Virus record (IMG/VR): IMGVR_UViG_3300032007_000008
Reading direction: 5' to 3' (one strand)
Origin: a virus
Taxonomy: Duplodnaviria > Heunggongvirae > Uroviricota > Caudoviricetes
Length of the DNA stretch: 64,000 nt
The notes under the pieces were generated by a model. It saw nothing but the letters and a program-made list of their open reading frames with translations, was not told the DNA's origin and ran no database searches. The stretch's first letter is position 1. Each line of letters begins with the position of its first letter. The position numbers were made by a program, and so were the translations under genes. Shown here in pieces: positions 28,618 through 38,210 of this stretch.

Positions 28618-28724
28618 GCGGATTTGGGCAAAAACGTTTGCAAGGTTCGGGTTTGTAGTCGGGAGGGTCGGTTTTAGAAAACGAAGGGTTGAAAAGTGTC
28701 AACTTTTGCCGAAATTTTCCATGG

Positions 28725-28858
28725 CATATACCCCACCCCCTCCCCATACCCCCCTTACCCCCCCTCCTGAGGGGGGGGGGTACATGGATATAGGGTTATA
28801 ACTGTATATATTTCCCCCTTACCCCCCATATTATATCACATATGGCATCCAATGTCAA
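28725..28858 (-). other. promoter-driven non-coding G-tract locus
   Basis: TTGACA-17-TATAAT (28858-28830) firing into GGGGGGTAAGGGGG...C10-TCAGGA-G7-TAAGGGGGGTATGGGGAGGGGGTGGGG; no RBS or ORF. Confidence 0.55.
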
Positions 28859-29003
28859 GAAGAAAAATGTATAAATTTTTTTCAAAAAACCTCTTGACAA
28901 ATCTCCTTCTCTCTAATCATGTTCTTTTCTCCCACCACAAAAAAGAGGACGGTGACAGACCACCCTCAGTCCATCACCGTCCATCAACCCAAATCCAAAT
29001 CCT

Positions 29004-29513
29004 CTACGCTCCGAGCCGACGCGACAGGTCTCCAATCCTCTTGTAGAACCCAGCCGTGTGCAGTGACTTCTCCAGACCGAGCAGTTGCATATCTATGTGG
29101 TGGCACAGTTCATGCACGGCAGTTTCAAAGAAGGACTTGGCTGCGCGTCTCTGTCCCTTCATTGCGGTCAGGTTCCAAATCCTAATCTCTATCGCGCAGT
29201 TGCCGAGATGCTTGTAGTGGCCGAGCTTGCCGCCGCCGAACCGACCGTTGTCCTTTGTACTGTGGGGGCATGGGGTATCAACCACCACGACGCGGACGGA
29301 GGGGATGTGGAGTTTGCCGCACACATAGTCCACGAGTTCCTGCGTCTTGGACTGCCTGTAGTTTGCCGTGTCCCTCTTGGCTTCCACGATTGCCGAGCGG
29401 TAGGACGAGGACAGACGAGGGCAGTTGGGAATAGTCTCTATCGAGTTTGACTGTATGTAGTCAGCCGAGGAAGATGCCGAACCGCCGAAAGACCTACGAA
29501 AGAAACGAGCCAT
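29004..29513 (-). CDS. HExxH zinc metallopeptidase-like early protein
   Basis: TAVHELCHHID...LHTAGFY; follows promoter module. Confidence 0.8.
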   Translation of the reverse strand: MARFFRRSFGGSASSSADYIQSNSIETIPNCPRLSSSYRSAIVEAKRDTANYRQSKTQELVDYVCGKLHIPSVRVVVVDTPCPHSTKDNGRFGGGKLGHYKHLGNCAIEIRIWNLTAMKGQRRAAKSFFETAVHELCHHIDMQLLGLEKSLHTAGFYKRIGDLSRRLGA

Positions 29514-29735
29514 TTGTTGTTTTCTCCTTTGACTGTTGTGTCCTTTGAACGCCGCCTATTATATCATAATAGGGTTTCCGTGTCAAGGGGGTCATGGAAA
29601 TAAAAACAGGATTGTGAAAAAAGTCGCCTTACCCCCTTGACAAAACATCTTCTCTCCAATCCTGTTTTCCTTTTACATAAAATGAAAAGGGGGTGGCTAT
29701 TCGGCCAGACCCCCTTTGTCTGAAATCCTACTGTT

Positions 29736-29957
29736 TCAAATCCCCCTGTTGGCTATGTCCTCCACCCACCCCTTGAACTTCTCAATGTCCTCGTCCGTCA
29801 GGTTGTCGGAGAAGCAGGCACCCGTGACGCTTTCCGTGCCGTCCTTCTCGTATTCCTCGTATTCCTCGGTTGTCATGTCCCTCTTCTCGTCGGCAATGCC
29901 GTATGCCGCTTCAAGCAGGTGGCAAAGCCATTCCTTCCAGTCAATCTTGTCGTTCAT
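29736..29957 (-). CDS. acidic hypothetical early protein
   Basis: GGAGA RBS, in cassette. Confidence 0.7.
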   Translation of the reverse strand: MNDKIDWKEWLCHLLEAAYGIADEKRDMTTEEYEEYEKDGTESVTGACFSDNLTDEDIEKFKGWVEDIANRGI

Positions 29958-29981
29958 TTCTCCATTTCCTCCGCTTGGTTG

Positions 29982-30161
29982 TCAAAACGGCTTGACAGTC
30001 TCGCCCTCGCCCTCGGTGTCTGTCACCTTCGGCTGGTGGAACTCCGCCACGGTGTCGGCGCAATGCCTGCACACAAGCAGTCTCCCTCCCTCCACGGTTT
30101 CAACCTCCACGGAACGCGCCATGTCCTCGCCGCCGCCACAGTTTCCGCATACGAACTCCAT
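29982..30161 (-). CDS. small zinc-finger protein
   Basis: CGNC...CRHC; AAAGGAG RBS. Confidence 0.65.
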   Translation of the reverse strand: MEFVCGNCGGGEDMARSVEVETVEGGRLLVCRHCADTVAEFHQPKVTDTEGEGETVKPF

Positions 30162-30180
30162 CGTGTACACTCCTTTCGCT

Positions 30181-30495
30181 TCAGGCCGCAATGACGCGGT
30201 ATGACATTATAATCCGTCCGCCCTCGCCATCACCGGAACACTCGTAGGAAAGCGCAAGCCCCTTTTTGGAAAGCCACGCGGCAATGGCTCTGTTCGCTTG
30301 GCAGAAGCCCTCGTATCTGTCGGGCTTGTAGTAGAACAGAACATTCAGGAAGTCGCAGAACTCGTCCGTGGGGTCTTCCTCGTTCTGATGCGGACAGACC
30401 TCCACCTCAACCTCGTTTGTCTTGGCGATGCGCTCCGCGAACTGCGAAACTTCGCGCAGTCCGCCTGCAATCTCTATTGCTTCCTTCGCTCTCAT
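30181..30495 (-). CDS. hypothetical early protein
   Basis: First gene after promoter module. Confidence 0.75.
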   Translation of the reverse strand: MRAKEAIEIAGGLREVSQFAERIAKTNEVEVEVCPHQNEEDPTDEFCDFLNVLFYYKPDRYEGFCQANRAIAAWLSKKGLALSYECSGDGEGGRIIMSYRVIAA

Positions 30496-30696
30496 TGTCG
30501 GTTCTCTCCTTTTATGTCCTTGAAACGCCGCCTATTATATCATAATAGGGTTTTCGTGTCAAGGGGGTCATGGAAAGTTTTTTGAAAAAACCGAAAAAAC
30601 CGCCTTACCCCCCTTGACAAAACAGCTTCTCTCAAATGGGATTTCGCCAAAGGGGAAACGGCGGAACGGGTTTCAACCGTCCCGCCGCCGGTTCAG

Positions 30697-31203
30697 TCAG
30701 TCGAACTTCTCAAGGTTCACCTGCTCCAACCGCACCCTCAACAGGGATTCCGTGGGGTTGATTATGTCCCATTTGCCGATTCTGATGTTGTGCGCCGCGA
30801 CAATGCACTCGGCAAGGTATCCGCCCGCATAGCCGTACTTGCTCTGCGGGTAGATTGAGTCCCAGAACTCAAGTTCCTTTTTCGTGAAATCGTTGTTCAG
30901 CGGCACGGGCGCGTTCGTCCCCTTCTCGTAAACCTCCATGCAACAGCCGACATACTTGATTTTCCACTCGCAGTTCCTCAGGAACACCGGATTGGGTTCT
31001 GCGGGCTTCGGCTTCTCCACGGGCTTCTCCCTGCGGCTCTTGGGCTTGCGCGGCAGTCTCTCCCGCACCACCTCAAAGGTCGGGTAGCCGTATCTCTTGC
31101 TCAAGGCTCTCTTTATCTCCCTTGAAGTCAGCGGCGGGATGTTCCGTCCGTGGCTATCGGTTTCAGGCATCGTTGCGATGACAATGTACTTCACGGTTCT
31201 CAT
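30697..31203 (-). CDS. hypothetical early protein
   Basis: First gene after promoter module. Confidence 0.75.
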   Translation of the reverse strand: MRTVKYIVIATMPETDSHGRNIPPLTSREIKRALSKRYGYPTFEVVRERLPRKPKSRREKPVEKPKPAEPNPVFLRNCEWKIKYVGCCMEVYEKGTNAPVPLNNDFTKKELEFWDSIYPQSKYGYAGGYLAECIVAAHNIRIGKWDIINPTESLLRVRLEQVNLEKFD

Positions 31204-31419
31204 CTGCGTCTCTCCTTTGGGTGTCTCTGAAAACGCCGCCTATTATAACATAATAGGGCTTTCGCGTCAAGGCCGTAAAAAGATTTTTTTTTTTGAAGAT
31301 TCCCCTTGACAAATCCACTTCTCTCAAGCATGGTTTCGCCGCACACAAAAACGAAACAAAAACAAAACAGGGGACGGCCTTTCAGCCGTCCCCCGTCTGT
31401 CCGCTCCGCGCCGTGGCCT

Positions 31420-31908
31420 TTACGCCACACGCAGTATGCTTTCAACGCCGTAGGTGCGCCATGTCACGCCGTAGGGGTTCGCGGACGGCTTGTCAAGGTA
31501 GTTGGCCTTCAAGTCCTCAATCTCCGCTTCCGTGGCTTCGCGTCCGTCAATCAGATAGGTGCGCTTCACGCCGCCGACCTTATCCACCGCGATGTAGAAC
31601 TTCCCCTCCACCTTGTCGGCTTCCATGAGCCACTTGCTACCGCCGACATAATGCTTGCCAGACGGCTTCTGCGCCACGAAATCCCGCTCTTCCCCCCTCC
31701 GCTCCTTCGCGTTGTTTACGGCGTTTTCGTAGGAGACGCCGAGCATGGCGGAGAAGGTGGAGCGAATCTGCACCGTGAAGGTGGTAGGCTCTTTCGTGGT
31801 GCGGTTCTTTTTCGTGAGGTGCGGCGTGGTGAGCGTCTCAAAGCCGTAGAACGCGCCGTTCTGGCGATTGAGTTTTGCGACTGCCGCGATGATTTCGTCC
31901 TTTGTCAT
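31420..31908 (-). CDS. hypothetical early protein
   Basis: First gene after promoter module; YENAVN motif. Confidence 0.8.
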   Translation of the reverse strand: MTKDEIIAAVAKLNRQNGAFYGFETLTTPHLTKKNRTTKEPTTFTVQIRSTFSAMLGVSYENAVNNAKERRGEERDFVAQKPSGKHYVGGSKWLMEADKVEGKFYIAVDKVGGVKRTYLIDGREATEAEIEDLKANYLDKPSANPYGVTWRTYGVESILRVA

Positions 31909-32156
31909 TTTCTTTTCTCCTTTAGGGGTTTGGGTTGTTTGTCTGTTATGTCCTCAAAACGCCGCCTATTATAGCATAATAGGGTTTCCGTGTCAATGGG
32001 TTCGGCGAAAAAGTTTGAAAAAGTTATCTACAGGTTGTGAACATTCTGTCGGCAACCGAACCTCCGCCACGGAGAAGCCGTCATGTCAAGCGAAATCTGC
32101 GGAAAAATCCACACGGCAAAAACGCCGTGTGGTATCTTGGGAATGTGCGTGTACGG

Positions 32157-32555
32157 TCACGATGCTTGGTATATCACATACATCTTGTTCCACTTGCGAC
32201 TGTCGGCAAGAGCCTTGACGAACAGATGCCCATGTCGGTCAGAACTTACGCGAATGTATGTCCAGCCCTTGTCAATCATGCCGCCGACAACCTGCCCGAC
32301 ATATCGGGAGAGATACTGTTTCGCTTCAAGTCTGGTGTCCCAGTGGCCGTCAAGATGCAGTACGCCTGTCTTGTAGTCCGTGAACGAGCGGTGGATGATA
32401 TGTTCGCTTGAAATGCACTTCCCGCTTTTGAAATAGCCCTCTTCGTCTGTAGGCCCAATGTCCGAATACTCGCGGATGAGCCACTTCTTAGACTGCTTCT
32501 TGGACAACGCCGCTTTCGTCTTGCGCGTCTTGGCCTTTGTGGTTTTCTTGGTCAT
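32157..32555 (-). CDS. hypothetical early protein, basic N-terminus
   Basis: First gene after promoter module. Confidence 0.75.
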   Translation of the reverse strand: MTKKTTKAKTRKTKAALSKKQSKKWLIREYSDIGPTDEEGYFKSGKCISSEHIIHRSFTDYKTGVLHLDGHWDTRLEAKQYLSRYVGQVVGGMIDKGWTYIRVSSDRHGHLFVKALADSRKWNKMYVIYQAS

Positions 32556-32756
32556 GGTTTCTCCTTTGGGTTGTTTTGAAAACGCCGCCTATTATAACAT
32601 AATAGGGTTTTCGTGTCAAGGGGTTCCAACAGGATTTTCATGGATATTTTCTGGCCGCTTCTGAAAAACATCCCCAAGCCCGTCCACAGAGAAGCCGTCT
32701 TGTCAAGAGGCTTTTTGAAAAAAAAAGAGACGGCGCGAACGCCGTCCCAGACCGAT

Positions 32757-33206
32757 TCAGGCCGCCGCGACCCACATCGGGTTTCTGCTATAGCCGCCTT
32801 CAAGCCGTGACGGAAGATAGCGGAGTTCCTTGTGGAGTTCTCCGTATCTACGCGCCGCTTCCTCGCGCACAACCTGAAAGTGGGCATAGAGGGAAAAGTC
32901 CTTCAACTCGTCCTCGGTGGCGTTGTCAAAGGCCAACTCCATGAGAAGTTGCGAAATGTTGTCACCGATTCCCCTGTAATACGAAATCACCAGGGAGATT
33001 CTGTCCCAACCGCCGCGCCAATGCTGACCCCAAATGTCCACGGGGCCGTGCTCCAGCATCAACCTCGGCTCTTTCAGATATTCCTTCGTCCTCTTGAACA
33101 TCGCGTCATGGTTGCTTGTGGTGTTGCCCGTGTTCACCCAGTCCCGACCCTCGCAACTGCTGATAATGTCATTCAGATACTTGTCCGTTATGTCCTCAAT
33201 CTTCAT
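32757..33206 (-). CDS. hypothetical early protein
   Basis: GGAGA RBS. Confidence 0.7.
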   Translation of the reverse strand: MKIEDITDKYLNDIISSCEGRDWVNTGNTTSNHDAMFKRTKEYLKEPRLMLEHGPVDIWGQHWRGGWDRISLVISYYRGIGDNISQLLMELAFDNATEDELKDFSLYAHFQVVREEAARRYGELHKELRYLPSRLEGGYSRNPMWVAAA

Positions 33207-33245
33207 TTTTCGTTCTCTCCGTTCGTTGTCCTTGAAGCTGACGGC

Positions 33246-33749
33246 CTACCGACTGCGGCGAAGTTTGGCCGCTTCGCGGGAAAGCCTGCGCCACTCGCGC
33301 AGAAGCCGCGTTTCACAGATTGAAAAGTTCCCTTCTGGGGACGAAATGCAATCCAACTTTTCAATCTCCATCAGGCGAAGCGCAACCTCAACGCACTCGG
33401 CTCCAAACTTCTTCTGCTCCGGAGTGGAATCCGCTCCCGCTCCGTTTATGCCGTACATTGCGAACTTGAACGCCAAATCGTTCGTCCTGTCACGCGAACG
33501 GTCTGGGCGGTTCTCCCTGCGAATGTTGAAGTATGCCGCGATAGCATCAAGACTGCGGAATCCCGCAAGCCATCCCTGCATCACGGAAAGCACAAGCCAT
33601 TCCTCAAAATCGTCCGTGTGTCCGCCATCCTCTGGGACAGGCTCCAGACCCGTTTCCTGCTCGTATATGTCAAGCCACAGGTTCTGCATATCCTTGCCGA
33701 TTACCGCATCAAGCAGTTCTTCGTGGTTCTTGAAAGATGAATCCATCAT
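33246..33749 (-). CDS. hypothetical early protein
   Basis: Start moved to ATG after module RBS. Confidence 0.75.
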   Translation of the reverse strand: MMDSSFKNHEELLDAVIGKDMQNLWLDIYEQETGLEPVPEDGGHTDDFEEWLVLSVMQGWLAGFRSLDAIAAYFNIRRENRPDRSRDRTNDLAFKFAMYGINGAGADSTPEQKKFGAECVEVALRLMEIEKLDCISSPEGNFSICETRLLREWRRLSREAAKLRRSR

Positions 33750-33960
33750 TTTCTTTTCTCCTTTGGGTTGTTTTGAAAACGCGCCTATTATAACATAATA
33801 GGGTTTTCGTGTCAAGGGTGTCCACCGAAATTTTCTGTTTTTTTTCCTCGGTTGCCTGTCCTGTCCGCAGAGAAGTGGATTTGTCAAGAGATTTCTCAAA
33901 AAAAAACAAAAAAAGCGGCGGCGCACCAGCACCGCCGCACCCTTTGGAGATGATTAAATC

Positions 33961-34155
33961 CTAATAGGCCGAAGTATCGTCAAACATTTCGTAGATGTCC
34001 ACGCCCTCGGTATCCTGACCCTCGTATTCCTCAAGTTCGTCCTCCGCTCCGCACTCGGGGCAGACGAGAACGCCATCCTCGTTTTCCTGACAGTCCGACT
34101 GCACGACATGGCCGCAACAGTTGCACCACATTTCGTAGGTTCTGCTTCGTGGCAT
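33961..34155 (-). CDS. acidic zinc-ribbon protein
   Basis: CNCC...CPECG. Confidence 0.7.
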   Translation of the reverse strand: MPRSRTYEMWCNCCGHVVQSDCQENEDGVLVCPECGAEDELEEYEGQDTEGVDIYEMFDDTSAY

Positions 34156-34169
34156 TTTCTTTTAACTCC

Positions 34170-34256
34170 TTACATTTTGCTGATTTTCACGATGACTGCT
34201 ACACAGAGAGCGACAAACGCAGGTTCAAAAAGCGATGCTATGACGATTGGTTCCAT
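34170..34256 (-). CDS. 28 aa hydrophobic peptide
   Basis: MEPIVIASLFEPAFVALCVAVIVKISKM directly after module RBS. Confidence 0.6.
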   Translation of the reverse strand: MEPIVIASLFEPAFVALCVAVIVKISKM

Positions 34257-34451
34257 GGGTTTCTCCTTTGTCCCTTAAACGCCGCCCATTATAGCATATC
34301 GCAGTTTCAAAGTCAAGGGGCTACATGGACTTTTCTGATTTTTTTTTCGGCAAGTCCAAAAGCCCGTCCACGGAGAAGCTGACCTGTCAAGAGGATTTTG
34401 AAAAAACAAAAAAAGTTGCGGCGGAAAACCGCCGCAACCGCCGAAACTCCA

Positions 34452-34871
34452 TCACATTCTTCGCTTGACCCTGTTCCAGTATCTCTTCGTCTCGGCTTTC
34501 GCATAACCATCCGGTCCGCCGTTCCATATCCGCGCCCTGTCCTCGTTGGTCACGGCTCGCTTCAGCCGCTTCCGCGTTGCGTAGAGGTTCATGTAGCGGA
34601 GAAAAATCTCCTTCGACTTCTTTCGGCTGAACCTGTCGGCGTAGGTGTATTTCGTGCCGTATGCGCGGTTCACATCATCGACCACGGACTTCCTGATTTG
34701 AAGGCAACCGACCGACTTGCCGCCATCACCGACCGCAAAATCGTTTCCGCTCGATTCCACGGCTATCACCGCTTCGATGAGTTTGCCGTGCTTCTCCGCG
34801 CCGACTGCGGAAAAGGCAAGGATTCCAACTCCAAGCGCGATTCCCGCGATTTTTGCAATGCCTGTTTTCAT
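34452..34871 (-). CDS. secreted lysozyme-like/lytic transglycosylase
   Basis: Signal peptide; AVESSG catalytic Glu, GCLQI, ARIWNGGP. Confidence 0.82.
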   Translation of the reverse strand: MKTGIAKIAGIALGVGILAFSAVGAEKHGKLIEAVIAVESSGNDFAVGDGGKSVGCLQIRKSVVDDVNRAYGTKYTYADRFSRKKSKEIFLRYMNLYATRKRLKRAVTNEDRARIWNGGPDGYAKAETKRYWNRVKRRM

Positions 34872-34962
34872 GATTTCTCCTTTTTGTCCTTTAGATGCCG
34901 CCTATTATAGCATAATCGGTATTTAATGTCAATGGGGGTGCGAAAGATTTTTTCGTCTTTCG

Positions 34963-35151
34963 CTATCGGTCAGGGTCGGGGAAACTTGCGGATATGTAAT
35001 CCTCCGCGAAATCGAAAAATCCCCATGTCGCGTCCCTGTCGATATGCCAACGCATCCAGCGAAGGTAAGCCCACTGTGTGAGCCTGTCGCTTTTCAGCAG
35101 ACAGCCCACCCAATGAACGGACTTGTAGAAAAGCCGTCCCATGCCGCTCAC
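34963..35151 (-). CDS. hypothetical early protein
   Basis: Coupled to upstream ORF. Confidence 0.55.
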   Translation of the reverse strand: MSGMGRLFYKSVHWVGCLLKSDRLTQWAYLRWMRWHIDRDATWGFFDFAEDYISASFPDPDR

Positions 35152-35375
35152 TCCCCAATCGTTTCAAGCAGGTCGGAAATGACATTCTTCACGCCCAACT
35201 GCTTGGCGAGAAGCGTGACCACCTTCTGCGCCGCGTCCCTCGACAGTTTCAGTTCGATTTTCACGCCCTCATGCTCGACCTTCAGGCGAAAGCGGTTCTC
35301 GACCGCAATCGGACATTCCTCTTCGGTTTCGGTCGAAGCGGTGTAGAAGTTGAACATTCCGTATGTGTGGTGCAT
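35148..35375 (-). CDS. hypothetical early protein
   Basis: First gene after promoter module. Confidence 0.7.
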   Translation of the reverse strand: MHHTYGMFNFYTASTETEEECPIAVENRFRLKVEHEGVKIELKLSRDAAQKVVTLLAKQLGVKNVISDLLETIGE

Positions 35376-35561
35376 TGTTTTTCTCTCCTGTTGGTTGTTT
35401 TGAAAACGCGCCTATTATAGCATAATAGGGTTTTCGTGTCAAGGGGGTATGCCGAAAAAAAAAATCTTTTTTTTTTCTGCCGAAACCTCTTGACAAATCA
35501 GCTTCTCTCAAATACGGTTTACGCCTTTTTGAAAAGCGGCGGATTTCTCCGCCGCCGAGTT

Positions 35562-35906
35562 TCAGCGCATCTCCCACAGGTAGGCGTATTTGCGTTCCGC
35601 TTCCGCAGGCGTTCCGTAGATTTCATTGTACATGAGTGCGGTTTGCAGGAAGTCGCAGTAGTTGGAAAGCCAGTTCACGGCATCGCAGAGCCTTTCCACC
35701 GCGCAGTCGAAGTCTGGGTTTGAATACGCCCATATCTCCACCAGACGGCGTTCCGCCTTGCCGTTGCGCATCAGCGGCATTATCCTGCCGAGTATCACCG
35801 ACCATGTGCGGTTCACCGTGGAGACATTCAGCCTTTCGAGAAGGGCGAGGGAAAGCGCGGCGAGTTCGATTGATTGCGATTCTTCGCGGTTCATGGTCAC
35901 TTTCAT
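35562..35906 (-). CDS. hypothetical early protein
   Basis: GGAGG RBS. Confidence 0.7.
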   Translation of the reverse strand: MKVTMNREESQSIELAALSLALLERLNVSTVNRTWSVILGRIMPLMRNGKAERRLVEIWAYSNPDFDCAVERLCDAVNWLSNYCDFLQTALMYNEIYGTPAEAERKYAYLWEMR

Positions 35907-35919
35907 TTTGATACCTCCC

Positions 35920-36060
35920 TTACTTTGCGAGACGGACGGAAACGATTTCAACGCGGAACGGCCAAGCGAGCGATTCAAGTTCCTCCGTGTTGCGGGCGTT
36001 CAGATAGCCAACGCCTGACTGATTGCCGAACGAGAAATTGAAGGTGTATTCTTTGAGCAT
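35920..36060 (-). CDS. small hypothetical early protein
   Basis: First gene after promoter module. Confidence 0.65.
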   Translation of the reverse strand: MLKEYTFNFSFGNQSGVGYLNARNTEELESLAWPFRVEIVSVRLAK

Positions 36061-36275
36061 TTTCTTTTCTCCTTTGATGTCCTTGAAACGCCGCCTATTA
36101 TAACATAATAGGTCTTTCGTGTCAAGGGGGATAGCCAAAAAAATATTTTTTTTTTCTCTGACGGAAAACTCTTGACAAATCATCTTCTCTCAAATCGGGT
36201 TGTGCAGACTGCGGACGAAAAGAAAAGGCGGCGCACCCGCGCCGCCCCGTCTGCTCTTGGTGTTTGAATTACAGA

Positions 36276-36626
36276 CTAAATGAAAACTCGCTCGTCCACG
36301 GTACGCCTGCCGCCTCTGTTGCGGTCTATGCGAGCCGCGAGGTTCTTATAGAGCCTGTCGGCCTTCTTGGTCTTGCCGCAGAAGAGGGACTTCACGCCCG
36401 TCTTGGCCTTTACGAAAATCTCCGCGAGATTGTGAAGCACCGACTGGTACTGATAAGACTCCCATGTGCGGTTGTAGTAGCAGGCTTTGGCCTTGAACTT
36501 GGGTTCGCCGTTCACAATCATCACCGCGTCATGGCGGAAGCCATAGCGGGTATCAACCGAACGGCAGTAGATTGTGGCGGTCTTGCCGTCACCGAGAGTT
36601 CCGAGATTTACCTTCTGTTGGGTCAT
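36276..36626 (-). CDS. hypothetical early protein
   Basis: YYNRTWESYQYQSVL motif; first after module. Confidence 0.8.
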   Translation of the reverse strand: MTQQKVNLGTLGDGKTATIYCRSVDTRYGFRHDAVMIVNGEPKFKAKACYYNRTWESYQYQSVLHNLAEIFVKAKTGVKSLFCGKTKKADRLYKNLAARIDRNRGGRRTVDERVFI

Positions 36627-36818
36627 GTTGTTCTCCTTTGCTTTTGTCCCTTAAACGCCGCCCATTATAGCATATCCGCGTTTCAAAGTCAAGGGGGAAA
36701 TCAGAAAAACCTTAAAAAGTTGTGAACAGGTTATAAACAGGTTGTGAACAAAAAAAAACGCAAAATTGCGCTTGACACGGACGCTTCTCGCGTGTCGCGT
36801 TTTCGCTGAAAAATCCTC

Positions 36819-37018
36819 TTGACTTTTGCCCTTGGCCGTGGTATAATCGAAGGACGCGCAGAAAATCCGTCGAGAGCCGAGAGGACGCGGATACCCCCTC
36901 CGTCAATGGCGGAGAGGGTTCACCTGATAGAGGAAACGCCCCCAGAACATCAGGTAGGTCGCACAGAACGAGAGTATTTCGTATGGGGTCATGTCTGCCT
37001 TTCGCCGTCACCTTCCCT
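36819..37018 (+). ncRNA. candidate ~165 nt structured ncRNA with its own promoter
   Basis: TTGACT-17-TATAAT at 36819-36847; complementary ends GAAGG/CCTTC; internal hairpins; no RBS-led ORF. Confidence 0.5.
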
Positions 37019-37179
37019 CAGTAGTTGGGGAAGGTGTTGTAGCCGAGAATGACGATGCTTGAGCCGTGCTCTTCGCGGACGCGCTGGAGCGCGTCGTGCA
37101 GGTTGTCCGCGTGGACGGAGCCGGTCTGCACTTCGGAAACCGAATGGGATGACTTGAACTTGAACTGGAACGTGTTCAT
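37018..37179 (-). CDS. small hypothetical early protein
   Basis: AAGGAGA RBS. Confidence 0.65.
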   Translation of the reverse strand: MNTFQFKFKSSHSVSEVQTGSVHADNLHDALQRVREEHGSSIVILGYNTFPNY

Positions 37180-37222
37180 TTTGATTATCTCCTTTTGTAT
37201 CAAGACGAGAAACAGCCGTATG

Positions 37223-37489
37223 TCAGAGAGCCACGGTAATGCGTGGGGTCTTTTCAATGGGAAGGTCCCAGAAGCCGTCAGAGAAGAACGACCTGACGTG
37301 AGCGCAGGTCGTGTTGGACCTGTAGGACGAGAAGCGATGCTCCTTGCCCTTGGGGTCGATGCCGCCCATTATGGTGTCATAGGAGCGCAGATACTTCCAT
37401 CCGCCCTTGACGATTACCTTTGCCTTTCCGTAGAAGGACTTGCGTCCGTTGCACGGCGTGAGGTCGTAGATTTCGGTGGTTCTTTTCAT
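37223..37489 (-). CDS. hypothetical early protein
   Basis: KSFYGKA...LRSYDT...TT..HVRSF motif; first after module. Confidence 0.8.
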   Translation of the reverse strand: MKRTTEIYDLTPCNGRKSFYGKAKVIVKGGWKYLRSYDTIMGGIDPKGKEHRFSSYRSNTTCAHVRSFFSDGFWDLPIEKTPRITVAL

Positions 37490-37715
37490 GTTGTCTCCTT
37501 GTGTCCCTTAAACGCCGCCCATTATAGCATATCCGCGTTTCAAAGTCAAGGGGTCATGGAAAGATTTTTGAAAAAATCGTAAAAGTCGCCTTACCCCCTT
37601 GACAAAACATCTTCTCTCAAGTGGCGTTTCGTGGCTGCGGACAAAAAATAAGGAACGGCGTCAGACGGATTGCCCCATCTGCGCCGCTCCGCGCTCTGTA
37701 ATCTCCGTGGACGCG

Positions 37716-38117
37716 CTACCTCACGAAGTCCACCGTGTGCCAATCCACGGTTTCGTCTTTCCCGTCAAGTTGGTTTATCCGCGTAAGGGCTTTCGCCTTC
37801 TCCACCTGAATGTCCTCCGTCAAGGCGTTCTCCATCATCACAAGCAAATCATCCGTGTTCACGATGCGGTTGCCGACGCGCACCCACATATAGTCGAGAT
37901 ACTCCTTGTCGAGATAGGGGTCGTAGTCGTTCCAATAGTGCGGAAAAGCCCAGTTGAAGCAAAAACTGTGCCACTCGCTCTTGGACGGATAGTGGCCGTT
38001 CAGTCTCTTCCACAATCCCTTCAACTCTTCGTCGTTCATGACATGAGCCTTATAGACCATGTTCATTTCGTGGACGATTCTGCGGTTGAAGCCATAGTTT
38101 CCGTTCTTGCCTGCCAT
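37716..38117 (-). CDS. hypothetical early protein
   Basis: First gene after module. Confidence 0.75.
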   Translation of the reverse strand: MAGKNGNYGFNRRIVHEMNMVYKAHVMNDEELKGLWKRLNGHYPSKSEWHSFCFNWAFPHYWNDYDPYLDKEYLDYMWVRVGNRIVNTDDLLVMMENALTEDIQVEKAKALTRINQLDGKDETVDWHTVDFVR

Positions 38118-38210
38118 TTTCAGTTCTCCTTTTTTGTCCTTGAAACGCCATACATTATATCAAAACCCCCTTGAAAAGTCAAGGGGGCTGAATTGGAAAA
38201 AATGACTTTT

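Noticed and set aside
36922-36960. Hammerhead ribozyme core (CTGATAGAG...GAAAC)
   Set aside because: Does not match CUGANGA-stem II-GAAA spacing and lacks the required stems
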